64,000 nucleotides of DNA from Parcubacteria group bacterium Gr01-1014_31 (GCA_007376135.1 VMFR01000001.1:206554-270553); one strand, 5' to 3'. Positions 47,426-57,130 are shown, counted from the stretch's first letter. The notes: generated from the sequence alone by a model not told the origin. Numbers and translations are program-made.

Positions 47426-48202
47426 ATGCTTTCTCTGCTCCGCCGTCCGACCGTCCGTTATGCGGCAGCAACGCTGGCCATCGGCGCGATCGCCGTCGCC
47501 GCCGGCGCCACCCATTCCTGGGGCGGCTACCACTGGGCGCGGACCCAAAACCCGTTCACCCTGAAACTCGGGGATAACGTATCCAGCGCCTGGGACTCCT
47601 ACCTGGTCACGACCGCCGCCGATTGGAGCGCGTCTACCGTTCTGGACACGACCAAGGTCGCCGGCAGCACGAACCCCAAGAACTGCCGCGCGGTCGCCGG
47701 CCGCGTGGAGGTCTGCAACAGCAAGTACGGCAACAACGGGTGGCTTGGCGTCGCCAGCATCTGGGCCAGCGGTACGCATATCACCCAGGGCACCGTCAAG
47801 GTCAACGACACCTACTTCAACACCGCGAGGTACAACACGCCCGCCTGGCGCAACCTCGTAATGTGCCAGGAGGTCGGCCACACGCTCGGCCTTGACCACC
47901 AGGACGAGGACTTCGACAACGCGGCGCTGGGTACCTGCATGGATTACTCGAGCGACCCGACCCCCAACCAGCATCCCAATCAGCACGACTACGACATGCT
48001 GGAGGAGATCTACGCGCACCTGGACACGACCACGACCGTCGGGCAAACGGCTGCGCGCGGAAACTCTGACGTTGACCACGCCGACCGCAGCTCTTGGGGC
48101 AAGGAGCTGCGTACGTCGCCCGATGGGCGCAAGTCCCTCTACGTCCGGGACTTCGGCGCCGGAGAAAAGATCTTCACGTTCGTCATTTGGGCCCAGGAGT
48201 AA
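47426..48202 (+). CDS. Secreted metzincin-like metalloprotease homolog (QEVGHTLGLDH)
   Basis: Signal peptide; CQEVGHTLGLDH followed by CMDY Met-turn. Confidence 0.82.
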   Translation: MLSLLRRPTVRYAAATLAIGAIAVAAGATHSWGGYHWARTQNPFTLKLGDNVSSAWDSYLVTTAADWSASTVLDTTKVAGSTNPKNCRAVAGRVEVCNSKYGNNGWLGVASIWASGTHITQGTVKVNDTYFNTARYNTPAWRNLVMCQEVGHTLGLDHQDEDFDNAALGTCMDYSSDPTPNQHPNQHDYDMLEEIYAHLDTTTTVGQTAARGNSDVDHADRSSWGKELRTSPDGRKSLYVRDFGAGEKIFTFVIWAQE

Positions 48203-48223
48203 ACCCGGCTTTCCTGAAATTCA

Positions 48224-48255
48224 GAAAACCGCTCTGGCAGTCCGGAGCGGTTTTT
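48224..48255. terminator. Bidirectional terminator
   Basis: gaaaaccgctctgg-cagt-ccggagcggttttt. Confidence 0.75.
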
Positions 48256-48287
48256 CGTTGGTTCCAAATAAGCGATCCTCCGCAAAG

Positions 48288-48358
48288 CTCGGGGACAGGG
48301 ATTCGAACCCCGATTCTCAGGTTCAGAGCCTGATGTCCTGCCGTTAGACGATCCCCGA
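48288..48358 (-). tRNA. tRNA-Gln(CTG)
   Basis: tcggggatcgtctaacggcaggacatcaggctCTGaacctgagaatcggggttcgaatccctgtccccgag; cloverleaf with GTTCGAAT T-loop; CCA not encoded. Confidence 0.96.
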
Positions 48359-48584
48359 GCTTTGGGGAGGAACTATAAACATTGCAAAACGATGTAGCAC
48401 AGCGTACGAAAAATTGCGGCAATTGTCAATAAAAAGAACCCCTGCGTCTCTTAAATTTTCGCAGACCGGCGGGGTATAGACTACGGTGTGCAGCAGAACC
48501 GCGCAGTACAGACCAGCGGTTGCCAGCAGGCACCCCTCGGCCTACAATGACCCCAGAACTTACCCACCTTAACGTACCCTGGAT

Positions 48585-49115
48585 ATGCGCGGCTATGTCG
48601 GAAATCTTGAAAAGGAAACGTTGGAGAATACGACGTTCCGCACGGTGCTCTACACCGCCAAGCACTGTCAGTTGGTGATGATGAGCCTGTTGCCGGGCGA
48701 GGACATCGGCGAGGAAGTGCACAAGCTGGACCAGTTCATCCGCGTGGAACAAGGCATCGGCTCGGCGGTATTGGATGGCGTTGCCCATTCCCTGCAAGAC
48801 GGCAGCGCCGTGATCATTCCCGCCGGCACTCGGCACAATATCGTCAATACCTCGCCGCGCTCGGCGATGAAACTCTACACCCTGTACGCGCCGCCCGAGC
48901 ACCGCGACCGCGAGGGAGTTTTTTTTCTATCGGCTATTCCCTACCGCACTGGCGGCGTACTGGTGGCGTTCTGCGGCAGCGGCCGAAGTTGGATGGAGTC
49001 GGCCGTGATGCTGCCGTCCTGGCCGGCTCGCCCGGTCACGACCACCGTTTTGCCGACCTCCAGGTCGGTTGAATTTCCGTCCACGACCTTCCCGACGGAG
49101 GTCGCGCCGCCGTAA
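48585..49115 (+). CDS. Cupin-domain protein with apparently lost native 3' end (recognisable to about 48910, then reads antisense into the next gene)
   Basis: FRTVLYTAKHCQLVMMSL..IGEEVH..DQFIRVEQG..IPAGTRHNIVN..LYTLYAPPEHRD. Confidence 0.8.
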   Translation: MRGYVGNLEKETLENTTFRTVLYTAKHCQLVMMSLLPGEDIGEEVHKLDQFIRVEQGIGSAVLDGVAHSLQDGSAVIIPAGTRHNIVNTSPRSAMKLYTLYAPPEHRDREGVFFLSAIPYRTGGVLVAFCGSGRSWMESAVMLPSWPARPVTTTVLPTSRSVEFPSTTFPTEVAPP

Positions 49116-49405
49116 AAAACGATGACCGTACCGCCGTCCCGCAATTTCACCGTGATGCTGGTCTCATCTTTTGCGATGATCTCGCCTGCCGCGCCGCCTC
49201 CGGCGCGCCCGGCAAACACCCGCGCGCCATCCGGTGCGCCCCCCAGGTCGCGGAACCGCTGCTGCCGCTGCTCCGGCGTGAGATTACGCAACGCCGCGGC
49301 ATTGAACTGCGGAGACTTCGAGGCCTGATATTTCATCCCCCCGAAGAACGCCCCGCTTCCGACCGCTACCGCAACCACCGCCGTAATGACGAACGTATTT
49401 TTCAT
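48941..49405 (-). CDS. Membrane-anchored OB-fold (DUF5666-like) protein
   Basis: TM ending FFGGMKYQ; GEIIAKD..ITVK..DLEVGKTVVVTG..DGSITADSIQ. Confidence 0.8.
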   Translation of the reverse strand: MKNTFVITAVVAVAVGSGAFFGGMKYQASKSPQFNAAALRNLTPEQRQQRFRDLGGAPDGARVFAGRAGGGAAGEIIAKDETSITVKLRDGGTVIVFYGGATSVGKVVDGNSTDLEVGKTVVVTGRAGQDGSITADSIQLRPLPQNATSTPPVR

Positions 49406-49426
49406 AGACGCTGCGCGGTTAAATGA

Positions 49427-50641
49427 TTATTCGTGACGCAATGCCTCGATAGGATTCAGTTTGGCTGCACGGCGCGCCGGATAGTACCCGAACACGATGC
49501 CGATCGCGGCGGCAACGCCGAACGCCAGCGCAACCGATTCCGGGGAAACCCGGGTCGCGATCGAGCCCAACCGCGACACCAGCCGGGCGATGACCCACCC
49601 CAATCCGATGCCGACCGCGCCGCCGATAAAAGTGAGCGCGATGGACTCGGCAAGGAACTGCGCCGCCACTTCGCGCCGCTTGGCGCCCAAGGCCATCCGC
49701 AGGCCGATCTCGCGCGTGCGTTCGGTGACCGCCGTCAGCATCATGTTCATAATGCCGATACCGCCGACCACCAAGGAAATACCGGCGATGGAGGCGAGAA
49801 AAACGGTGAACGCGGTCATCACCTGCGACAGCGTACCGAGAATATCAGCCTGGGAAATGATGGAAAAATCAGGCGTGGCGACGCGATGCCGCATGGTCAG
49901 GAGCGCGGACGCCTCGGCCTGCACGGACGCCATCAGGTCTTTCTGCTCGCTGGTCATTGCGATGGACGAGACGTAGTCGCTCCCGGCCAGCAGCTTCTGC
50001 ATGGAGGAAAGCGGCACGAACACCATATCGTCGGGGTTGGAAAATCCCGAACCGCCCTTCGTTTGCAGCATCCCGATCACTTTAAAATTGATACGGTTGA
50101 TGCGGATGGTCTTGCCGAGCGGATCCACTCCCTCGCCGAACAGGTCCTCCGACACGGTCGGGCCCAACACGGCTACCCGCCCCAAGCTGCGCTGGCTCTG
50201 CTCGGTGATGAACGTACCCATCGCCACGGCGACATTGTGCACGGCGGCGTACGCCGGTACTGCCCCCATCACGTTGGAGTTCGTGTTATTGCCGGTCGTT
50301 GCGCTGATCTGGTACCGCCGCGACACTTCCGGCGACACCGCGGCCACTCCGCTCACGCTCCGTAAAGCTTCCGCATCGTCGTTGGTCAGCGTTTGAGCCG
50401 ACCCGCGGCCCGCCGAGACGAACGCCCGGCCGGCCTGCTGCACGCCAGGCAGCACGGTCAGCAGATTGGAACCCAGTCCTTCGATGTTGGACTCGATAGT
50501 GCTCTGGGTCCCGGCGCCGATCGAGACCATCGCGATAACCGACGCGATGCCAATGACAATACCGAGGATGGTCAAGCCCGAACGCGCCTTGTTGGCCGTC
50601 AGCGCCGAATTCGTTTCCAGCAGCAGATCCCGCAGTTTCAT
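49427..50641 (-). CDS. MacB-like ABC transporter permease
   Basis: RSGLTILGIVIGIASV, ISLVVGGIGIMNMML..ERTREIG, PARRAAKLNPIEALR. Confidence 0.95.
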   Translation of the reverse strand: MKLRDLLLETNSALTANKARSGLTILGIVIGIASVIAMVSIGAGTQSTIESNIEGLGSNLLTVLPGVQQAGRAFVSAGRGSAQTLTNDDAEALRSVSGVAAVSPEVSRRYQISATTGNNTNSNVMGAVPAYAAVHNVAVAMGTFITEQSQRSLGRVAVLGPTVSEDLFGEGVDPLGKTIRINRINFKVIGMLQTKGGSGFSNPDDMVFVPLSSMQKLLAGSDYVSSIAMTSEQKDLMASVQAEASALLTMRHRVATPDFSIISQADILGTLSQVMTAFTVFLASIAGISLVVGGIGIMNMMLTAVTERTREIGLRMALGAKRREVAAQFLAESIALTFIGGAVGIGLGWVIARLVSRLGSIATRVSPESVALAFGVAAAIGIVFGYYPARRAAKLNPIEALRHE

Positions 50642-51351
50642 ATGCCGGCATTTCTCACGAGCCGCCGCTGCCGGACCTCGTGGTCATCGGCGATCTGCCC
50701 ATCCCGGATGTGGATGATGCGACCGGCATGTTCGGCCACGTAGGGTTCATGGGTAATGAGCACGATGGTGCGGCCCTGTTCCGAGTGCAGGCGCTGGAAG
50801 GTCGCCAGCACCGCCTCGCCGGTGACGGAGTCCAGGTTGCCGGTTGGCTCGTCCGCGAGCACCAGCGACGGGTTGTTCACCAACGCCCGCGCGATGGCGA
50901 CCCGCTGCATCATCCCGCCGGACAATTGGTTGGGCTTGTGCCGCCAGAACTGCTCGGGGAACGCCGACGCGCGCAGCGCCGATTCGGCCAGGCCCGACCG
51001 GGTGCCCGGATCGTTTCCGGCGTACACCAGCGGCAGCATGACGTTGCGCAGAACACTCGCGCGCGGCAGCAAGTTGAACGACTGGAACACAAAACCGATC
51101 TTGCGGTTACGGATGTCCGCCAGCTCGTCGTCGTTGAGCTGCGCTACATCGCGCCCATCCAGAAGGTAGCTGCCCTGGGTCGGCACATCCAGGCAACCCA
51201 GAATATGCATCAGGGTGGATTTCCCCGAACCGGAGGGTCCCATGATGGCGACGAATTCCCCATCCCGGATGGTGAAGGACACCCGCTTCAACACCTGCGT
51301 CTCGATCTCCCCCGTGACGTAGGTTTTCACGATATCGCGGCACTCCATCAT
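50638..51351 (-). CDS. MacB/LolD-like ABC ATP-binding protein
   Basis: GPSGSGKST, IGFVFQSFNL, LSGG, LADEPTGNLD, ITH. Confidence 0.96.
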   Translation of the reverse strand: MMECRDIVKTYVTGEIETQVLKRVSFTIRDGEFVAIMGPSGSGKSTLMHILGCLDVPTQGSYLLDGRDVAQLNDDELADIRNRKIGFVFQSFNLLPRASVLRNVMLPLVYAGNDPGTRSGLAESALRASAFPEQFWRHKPNQLSGGMMQRVAIARALVNNPSLVLADEPTGNLDSVTGEAVLATFQRLHSEQGRTIVLITHEPYVAEHAGRIIHIRDGQIADDHEVRQRRLVRNAGI

Positions 51352-52169
51352 AGCTCCAGAAATTTGCGGATTCCCGCGGCGATGCCCTGAGCGGCAACCT
51401 CGGGACGGCGGATAAGGATGCGCTGGTCGCGCGGACTGGTCAAAAACCCGGTCTCCATGATGGCGGCGACCGTCATCGGGTGGATGGCATGCTCATAGCG
51501 GCGCCAGTTGAACGCGTAGTAGCCGGTCATATTGCGCGTGATATTGGCGTCCTGCCGCATCCCGGTCACGCGGCCGTATTCCTCCTCCAGCGCGGCGACC
51601 AAGGCCGAACCGCGCCCGCGGTAATCGCGGCGCGGTGCGGCAGCTTTGAAACCCGAAACGCCAGGATTGCCGCTGCCGTCGGCATGAATGGCGATGATGA
51701 CATCCGCCCAATACGACGCCGGAATCGTTGCCGGCAGGATCTCCACCGTCATGCCGTTCGCTTCCAGGAGATCTTTGGTTGCTTCGGCAATGGCGAGGTT
51801 CACCTGCCACTCGGCCTTGCCGCCGCCCGAAGTGCCGCCGCCGCGTTCGCGCAAGCGCCCCAGCTCTTCCGGCAAGTCGGCGGTTTTCCAGTGTCCCACC
51901 TGTAAGGCAACTTTCCACGGGCCCTCAGGTCGGCGCCAGCCGCTCAGGTCCGGCATCGGCCGGAAGCGCCGTCCGAAATAATTTTGCGGACCGGGCTGCT
52001 CGGCCTCCTGCACGTCCTCGAATTCAACCTCCTGCTCCGATGAAACCACCGGCGACTGGGGCCACTGCGGGCCGCTGGTGTGCCGAGCGCCGCTACCGCG
52101 CGCAAAAATGAGGAGAGCTGCGGCGACCGCAACCGACAGGACCAAGGCAATAACCGGCAGCTTGTGCAT
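51348..52169 (-). CDS. N-acetylmuramoyl-L-alanine amidase (Amidase_3)
   Basis: VALQVGH, AEWQVNL, IAIHADG, IMETGFLT zinc and catalytic motifs; N-terminal anchor. Confidence 0.85.
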   Translation of the reverse strand: MHKLPVIALVLSVAVAAALLIFARGSGARHTSGPQWPQSPVVSSEQEVEFEDVQEAEQPGPQNYFGRRFRPMPDLSGWRRPEGPWKVALQVGHWKTADLPEELGRLRERGGGTSGGGKAEWQVNLAIAEATKDLLEANGMTVEILPATIPASYWADVIIAIHADGSGNPGVSGFKAAAPRRDYRGRGSALVAALEEEYGRVTGMRQDANITRNMTGYYAFNWRRYEHAIHPMTVAAIMETGFLTSPRDQRILIRRPEVAAQGIAAGIRKFLEL

Positions 52170-52177
52170 AGGCGTGG

Positions 52178-53962
52178 CTACCGATCAACGCGGAAAGCCC
52201 CGCCGCCCGTCGGCAACCCGGGGATGCGCAGTCCACTGTCTGAGCTTTGCGCCGCGCCTGCCGACTGCACCGAGCCGGTGATGACGCGCTCACCCTCAAC
52301 CAGGCCGCTAAGAATCTCGGTGGATTCATCATTGGCTAACCCGACCTCCACGGTCTGGCGCCGGAGCGGCAACGCGAGCTGGATGCTGGTCGCGCTCCCG
52401 ATGGCCGTGATCTCCTGCGCCGCAGGCATTTCCACGTAATTGCTATTGCCCTGATTTTTCACCGCCGCGTTGGGTGTGAGCAGCACATCCACCTTGGTGG
52501 CCGTGATGATATTGACCGAAACGCTCATACCCGGCTTGCTGCGGGGGTCCTGCGCGTCAAAGGTCACCTTCACGGCGTAGGAAACGACGCCCTGCGAAAC
52601 GGCGCCCAGGGTATCGATCTCGGCCACCATGCCGGTCAGCGACAACTCCTCGACCGCGTCGAACGTCAAAATGGCTTTCTGGCCGACCTGCACCGCGGCG
52701 ACATCCACCTCGTTGAGCGTGATCTCGGCCAGCTGCTGCGGCGATATCATGGTTGCCGCGACCGTGCCCGACGAGACCGCCTCGCCCCGCTTGATGTTCA
52801 GCTCGGCTACCACGCCGTCAATGGGAGCGCGCAGGGTGTACTTCGGCAGCTGTTCGCGCGCATCCTGCAGCGCAACTTCGCGCTGGCGAACCGCCAGCTC
52901 CTGGGTCTGCAGGTCCAGCGGATCGGTGCCCGCCTTCAGATCGGCAAGCTGCGCGGTCCGCTCGACGATGGACCGCTGGGCGGCGGTGATGACTTCTTTT
53001 TCGGATTGCACGCTGTTGCGGATGGACAGGAGGCTCAACAGATGGGAGTTGGTCGTGCCGGTGTGGCCATTGAGACTGTTAAGGTGCGTGGCGCTCAACG
53101 CCTGTGGGCGCGCCCGGCGTTCGGCCAGCGTATCCACGTAGAATTGGATAAGGTTGGCGGCGCTCTTCACCGCCTCGGCGACCCCCTTGACGGTTTCATA
53201 CGTTTCGTCGATGAGCGCTTCGATCTCGGCCCGTTCGGAAAAACGGCTGGCCTCCTTATAGTCGCTGAAATTTTCATCGTAGGCGGTGCGGGCGGTCTGG
53301 TACGCCGCGTCGGCGGCATCGCGGTACTGGAACACTTTTTCGTCGTAGGCCTTAATGGCATTGACGTAGTAGTCCAGGTTCCACTGGCTGCCGTCCAGCG
53401 TGTTGTCGTAGAGGATGTCGTTGAGGCTGGTCATCAGGTCCGGCAGATCCAAAAATGCGTCCGCGACGACGTTGAACCCGTCTTCATAGGCTTTGGCGAG
53501 ATCGTCCCGGGCCTGCTGTTTGGAATTTTCAGCCGTCAGCAGCGCATGTTCGGCCTGCAGCAGGGAAAGCGCATCGGCCGGTCGCCGCAATTTTTCCAGC
53601 GACAATTTCGCCGATGCCAGGCTGGTCTCGGCGTCCCGCACCGCCTTCAGAGCATCCCCCGCATCCAACTGGGCGATGACCGCGCCGGACTTGACGGTCT
53701 GGCCCGCAACGACCTGGACGCTGAGCACATCGCCGGCAGCCTTGGGTTTCACCTCCACGAGGTTCGCGGCTGATACCTGGCCGCTGCCGGAAACCGTCAC
53801 GTTCAGCGTCCCGCGCTCCACCGTTCCCAGCAGGTAACGCGCGGCAGCGGCCGGGGTCCGCCATCTCCGGTAGGCCCATACGCCCGAGCCGGTGGCAAGC
53901 AGCACGAGCGCGATGAGGAGGAACTTGCGCCGCGCGAGCGCCTTGATGAACGTAGGTTGCAT
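52178..53962 (-). CDS. MacA/HlyD-like periplasmic adaptor with long helical insertion
   Basis: VSGSGQV, lipoyl halves, LRAPIDGVV, EVDVAAVQVGQ, KPGMSV, EILSGLVEGE. Confidence 0.92.
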   Translation of the reverse strand: MQPTFIKALARRKFLLIALVLLATGSGVWAYRRWRTPAAAARYLLGTVERGTLNVTVSGSGQVSAANLVEVKPKAAGDVLSVQVVAGQTVKSGAVIAQLDAGDALKAVRDAETSLASAKLSLEKLRRPADALSLLQAEHALLTAENSKQQARDDLAKAYEDGFNVVADAFLDLPDLMTSLNDILYDNTLDGSQWNLDYYVNAIKAYDEKVFQYRDAADAAYQTARTAYDENFSDYKEASRFSERAEIEALIDETYETVKGVAEAVKSAANLIQFYVDTLAERRARPQALSATHLNSLNGHTGTTNSHLLSLLSIRNSVQSEKEVITAAQRSIVERTAQLADLKAGTDPLDLQTQELAVRQREVALQDAREQLPKYTLRAPIDGVVAELNIKRGEAVSSGTVAATMISPQQLAEITLNEVDVAAVQVGQKAILTFDAVEELSLTGMVAEIDTLGAVSQGVVSYAVKVTFDAQDPRSKPGMSVSVNIITATKVDVLLTPNAAVKNQGNSNYVEMPAAQEITAIGSATSIQLALPLRRQTVEVGLANDESTEILSGLVEGERVITGSVQSAGAAQSSDSGLRIPGLPTGGGAFRVDR

Positions 53963-53970
53963 AGTCGGCG

Positions 53971-54471
53971 TTATCTGGGCAGCGCACGCTCGAACGGCGA
54001 CGGCCCCGGCTGCCGCATCATTTGGCGCGGCGGCATGACCCGGATGACCTTGGCCTCGATCTGCCCACTGCTGTTGGGTTCGCCGACCACCACCACATCG
54101 TCGTCCACCTTCAGGTCGGAAATGGCGACGGTATCGCGAAAACGCTTGATGATAGTCTGTGCATTCACCAGCACGACCTTCTCCGCATCATCTGGGCTAG
54201 CCACCACCAACGTAGCGCCATCGATCTTGGCAATGCGGCCGAAGGCGCCCGAGGCCTCCATAAAATCCTGGCCCGAAAATTCCCGCAGAAAACCGCCGCG
54301 AGGACCGGCGAAATTCTTGTGGTAACTTTCGCCCCAGCGGTAGGAGAACGTCGCTTTCCGGTAGCCGACCGCCTTGCCCGCCGCGAACCCAACGACGAGC
54401 GCCAGCAGCAGCGCGAGAACGAAACTGCCGATCTTGAAGCCCTTGGATTGCACCGCCTTGTTCAGGTCCAT
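53971..54471 (-). CDS. Membrane-anchored OB-fold (DUF5666-like) protein
   Basis: One TM; DLKVDDDVVVVGEPNSSGQIEAKVIRV. Confidence 0.78.
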   Translation of the reverse strand: MDLNKAVQSKGFKIGSFVLALLLALVVGFAAGKAVGYRKATFSYRWGESYHKNFAGPRGGFLREFSGQDFMEASGAFGRIAKIDGATLVVASPDDAEKVVLVNAQTIIKRFRDTVAISDLKVDDDVVVVGEPNSSGQIEAKVIRVMPPRQMMRQPGPSPFERALPR

Positions 54472-54472
54472 A

Positions 54473-54883
54473 CTATGCGTGGGTTAATTTCAAATTCCGC
54501 ATCCGGGCAAGGTCGCGCAACGCCGCACGAAGCGACCGCAGACCGGTGAACGCCGCTGAAAGAAGCAGCAGCAGACCGAATGTCGGCACCGACTCCAGGA
54601 GCGCTGCGGCAAAGTCCTGCCAATACGCCGCCAATACTTCCGCGTCGGCTGCCGCCGCGGACAAAAACTCAAAAAAGCCGCTGCGTGCGGCATCGACAGC
54701 GACCCAGCGGAACGAAACAATAAGCACCACAAGCGACAACGCGTTCACTGCGATGGCAGAGGCCAGTTGCGTGATCACTCGCCGCCGCTCCGCAACACGC
54801 AGTGCGCTAAGAACCGCGCCCTGAAGCTCAACCGGCGGAATGGCCGGCGACAGCTTGCGAAAAAGGGAAACATTCAGGTCCAT
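54473..54883 (-). CDS. Two-TM membrane protein, possible anti-sigma factor
   Basis: IPPVELQGAVL N-terminus, two hydrophobic segments; downstream of an ECF sigma. Confidence 0.65.
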   Translation of the reverse strand: MDLNVSLFRKLSPAIPPVELQGAVLSALRVAERRRVITQLASAIAVNALSLVVLIVSFRWVAVDAARSGFFEFLSAAAADAEVLAAYWQDFAAALLESVPTFGLLLLLSAAFTGLRSLRAALRDLARMRNLKLTHA

Positions 54884-55249
54884 ACCCCGTAGGACAATCG
54901 TCAAATGCGTAATAATTTTTCCTGTCTGTATCGAATTTTACCAACTCTTCACTTTACCCCGACGCTCCGTTGTACAGCGGGGCATATTGGTATATACGCA
55001 AAAGTTTCGTTTTTGGTGCAAAACCCTCCGGCTGCCCAATGAAAAGGACCTCCTTGTTGGAAGCAAGGAGGTCCACCGTACCGGGGGTTTAACCCGGCAC
55101 AGCGCCCAGCGCCTTGTACGGAGGCACCGATGCTTACCCATCTTGGGGCAAAATATCTCCGTAGGTCAAGACCGAGCAAATAAATAGCGCTGGCGGTAAC
55201 GTATGTATTAAATAAACTACAGCGTCGCAAAACGTAATTCGGATGCCGC

Positions 55250-55822
55250 TCAACCGTTCTTTTCCAGCAACCCACGCAGCTTTTGCACGGCACGGCGGTG
55301 GCGGCTCTTGGCCGTGGAAAGCGGCTGCCCCAATACCTGGCCGATCTCTTCGAACGTGAACTCCTCCTGATAGTGCAGGAGCAGCACGGTGCGCGAATCG
55401 GGATCCAGTAGCTCCAGGGCCGCCGATAAACGCTGTGCCGCGTCAGCACGGTCCATCTGGTCGGGCGGCAACAACGCGGGGTCGACGACTTCTGCTCCCG
55501 GGTCACCTTCCTCCTCCCCGGCCGCCAGCGGCAACGGGCTGCCCTTCTTCCGCCGCAGCAGGTCGTAAGCCGCATTACGGCCGATGCGAAACAGCCAGGT
55601 TTTAAAACGACGTCGCTCGTCGAAACGACGCAGCTGGCGCCATGCCTTCAGCCAGGTTTCCTGCGCGAGATCCTGAGCGTCGCGCTCGTTGCCGACCAGC
55701 CGAAATAGCCATCCGTACAGCGGTGGCAGCAAACGCCGGACCAGCGCGTCGAATGCCGCGCGGTCGCCGCGGCGGTAGTCGGCCACCAATTGTTCATCCG
55801 TCCGCTCATCCATGGTTCCCAT
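55250..55822 (-). CDS. ECF RNA polymerase sigma factor
   Basis: DEQLV..GDRAAFDALV, AQDLAQETWLKAW, FKTWLFRIGRN, FEEIGQVL..TAKSR. Confidence 0.93.
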   Translation of the reverse strand: MGTMDERTDEQLVADYRRGDRAAFDALVRRLLPPLYGWLFRLVGNERDAQDLAQETWLKAWRQLRRFDERRRFKTWLFRIGRNAAYDLLRRKKGSPLPLAAGEEEGDPGAEVVDPALLPPDQMDRADAAQRLSAALELLDPDSRTVLLLHYQEEFTFEEIGQVLGQPLSTAKSRHRRAVQKLRGLLEKNG

Positions 55823-55951
55823 ATTCAACGGCCGCAGTATGGTGATGGTAGGCGCGAATATTACTTGCGTCAAATGGAAAAACAATGTTTTTGTGTTACC
55901 ATGATGGCGAGCGTACCGATCATAAATATTATTCGTAACCGCCACCATCAT

Positions 55952-56458
55952 ATGCGTCAACGCAGTTTTATGACCCTGGCCGCACTAGCGGCAACGGCCA
56001 TCGTCCTCGCCGGTTGCACTCCGAGCCAGACCCCGACGCCAACGCCGACCACGGCACCCGCGCCCGATACGACCGCGGGATTTTCGGCAGGCGCCAAAGT
56101 CGGCCCGAACGCGATCTACGCGGCCGACCAAAAGCCCGGCACGCAACTGACCGTCGGCATGGTTTCGCTGGAAGCGGCCGGCTACGTGGTCATCCACGCC
56201 GATAACGAAGGCAAGCCCGGACCGATCCTGGGCCAAAGCGCCTTGCTTTCCTCAGGCGTGAGCAACAACGTCACCGTCACGCTCCCGCAGACGGTCGCCA
56301 ACGGCGTGCAATTGCACGCCATGCCGCACCGCGACGACGGCGACGGCATATTCGATGCCGCCAAGGACGCGCCGATCAAGGATACGCTCGGCAACGTCAT
56401 TTCCATGATGTTTGCCATTGACGCCCAAGCCGCGGAAGCGCCGCCGGTGCAATTCTAG
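55952..56458 (+). CDS. Lipoprotein with small beta-sandwich domain
   Basis: Lipobox LAGC; GYVVIH..GPILG..AMPHRDDGDG. Confidence 0.8.
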   Translation: MRQRSFMTLAALAATAIVLAGCTPSQTPTPTPTTAPAPDTTAGFSAGAKVGPNAIYAADQKPGTQLTVGMVSLEAAGYVVIHADNEGKPGPILGQSALLSSGVSNNVTVTLPQTVANGVQLHAMPHRDDGDGIFDAAKDAPIKDTLGNVISMMFAIDAQAAEAPPVQF

Positions 56459-56465
56459 ACCGGCC

Positions 56466-56502
56466 AAAAAAAAGACCCCGCGTTCCCGCGGGGTCTTTTT
56501 TT
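56466..56502. terminator. Bidirectional terminator
   Basis: aaaaaaaagaccccgcg-ttcc-cgcggggtctttttt. Confidence 0.85.
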
Positions 56503-56695
56503 ATGGCAGGCGGAACACGTCTTCGATGGCGCGGCGTTTCAGCGCGCGGGTGATGGCGTACGCCAGGCCCAACGACGGATTGTACCTCCCCTGCTCCAGC
56601 GAAATGATGGTCTGCCGCGTCACGCCGACCAGTGCTGCCAATTGCTCCTGCGTCAACCCAAGATCGCGACGGAGTTCACTGATGCTCGTTTTCAT
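56501..56695 (-). CDS. XRE/Cro-family HTH regulator
   Basis: [29 protein letters not shown]. Confidence 0.93.
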   Translation of the reverse strand: MKTSISELRRDLGLTQEQLAALVGVTRQTIISLEQGRYNPSLGLAYAITRALKRRAIEDVFRLP

Positions 56696-56701
56696 GCGCG
56701 G

Positions 56702-57130
56702 TCAGTTGCGGCGTTCAAGGTAAAGGTTGGTAAGCGCCTTGGCCGCAACGCCGCCGACCAGCGCGGCGATGATGACCGGGTCGATGTGCACCGCGCCGCG
56801 CGCGATGCCGGCGGCGACCTGGTAGCCAATCCCGGCCGCCAAGATCGCGACCATCGCCCAAACGGCGTTCCGCTCGGCAAACGCCTCATGCAGGCGCTCG
56901 CGTTCGTCGCGCGGCATACGGACCATGATATCCACGAGATCAACGGTCACCAGCGCGGCCCAAACGATAAGCAGCGCGAGGCGTGCGCTGGATACCGCGC
57001 CGGGCAGCGACTGGATGATGAACATCGGCGCGACGACCGCAGCCAAATACACCCAGCCTTGCCAGGTCTTCGGGGCCAGCCCCCAACCGCCGTACTTACG
57101 CCGTTGAAACCATGCCGGATTGCCGATCAT
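56702..57130 (-). CDS. Membrane protein (DUF2178-like) co-transcribed with the XRE regulator
   Basis: WFQRRKYGGWG..PKTWQGW, DERE motif, four TMs. Confidence 0.8.
   Translation of the reverse strand: MIGNPAWFQRRKYGGWGLAPKTWQGWVYLAAVVAPMFIIQSLPGAVSSARLALLIVWAALVTVDLVDIMVRMPRDERERLHEAFAERNAVWAMVAILAAGIGYQVAAGIARGAVHIDPVIIAALVGGVAAKALTNLYLERRN

Noticed and set aside
46373-48079. 568-aa fusion ORF; likewise the 5' extensions of 3175..4725 and 62426..63778
   Set aside because: Extensions overlap real genes in other frames or strands; recognisable domains begin at internal ATGs (47233, 3643, 62977).
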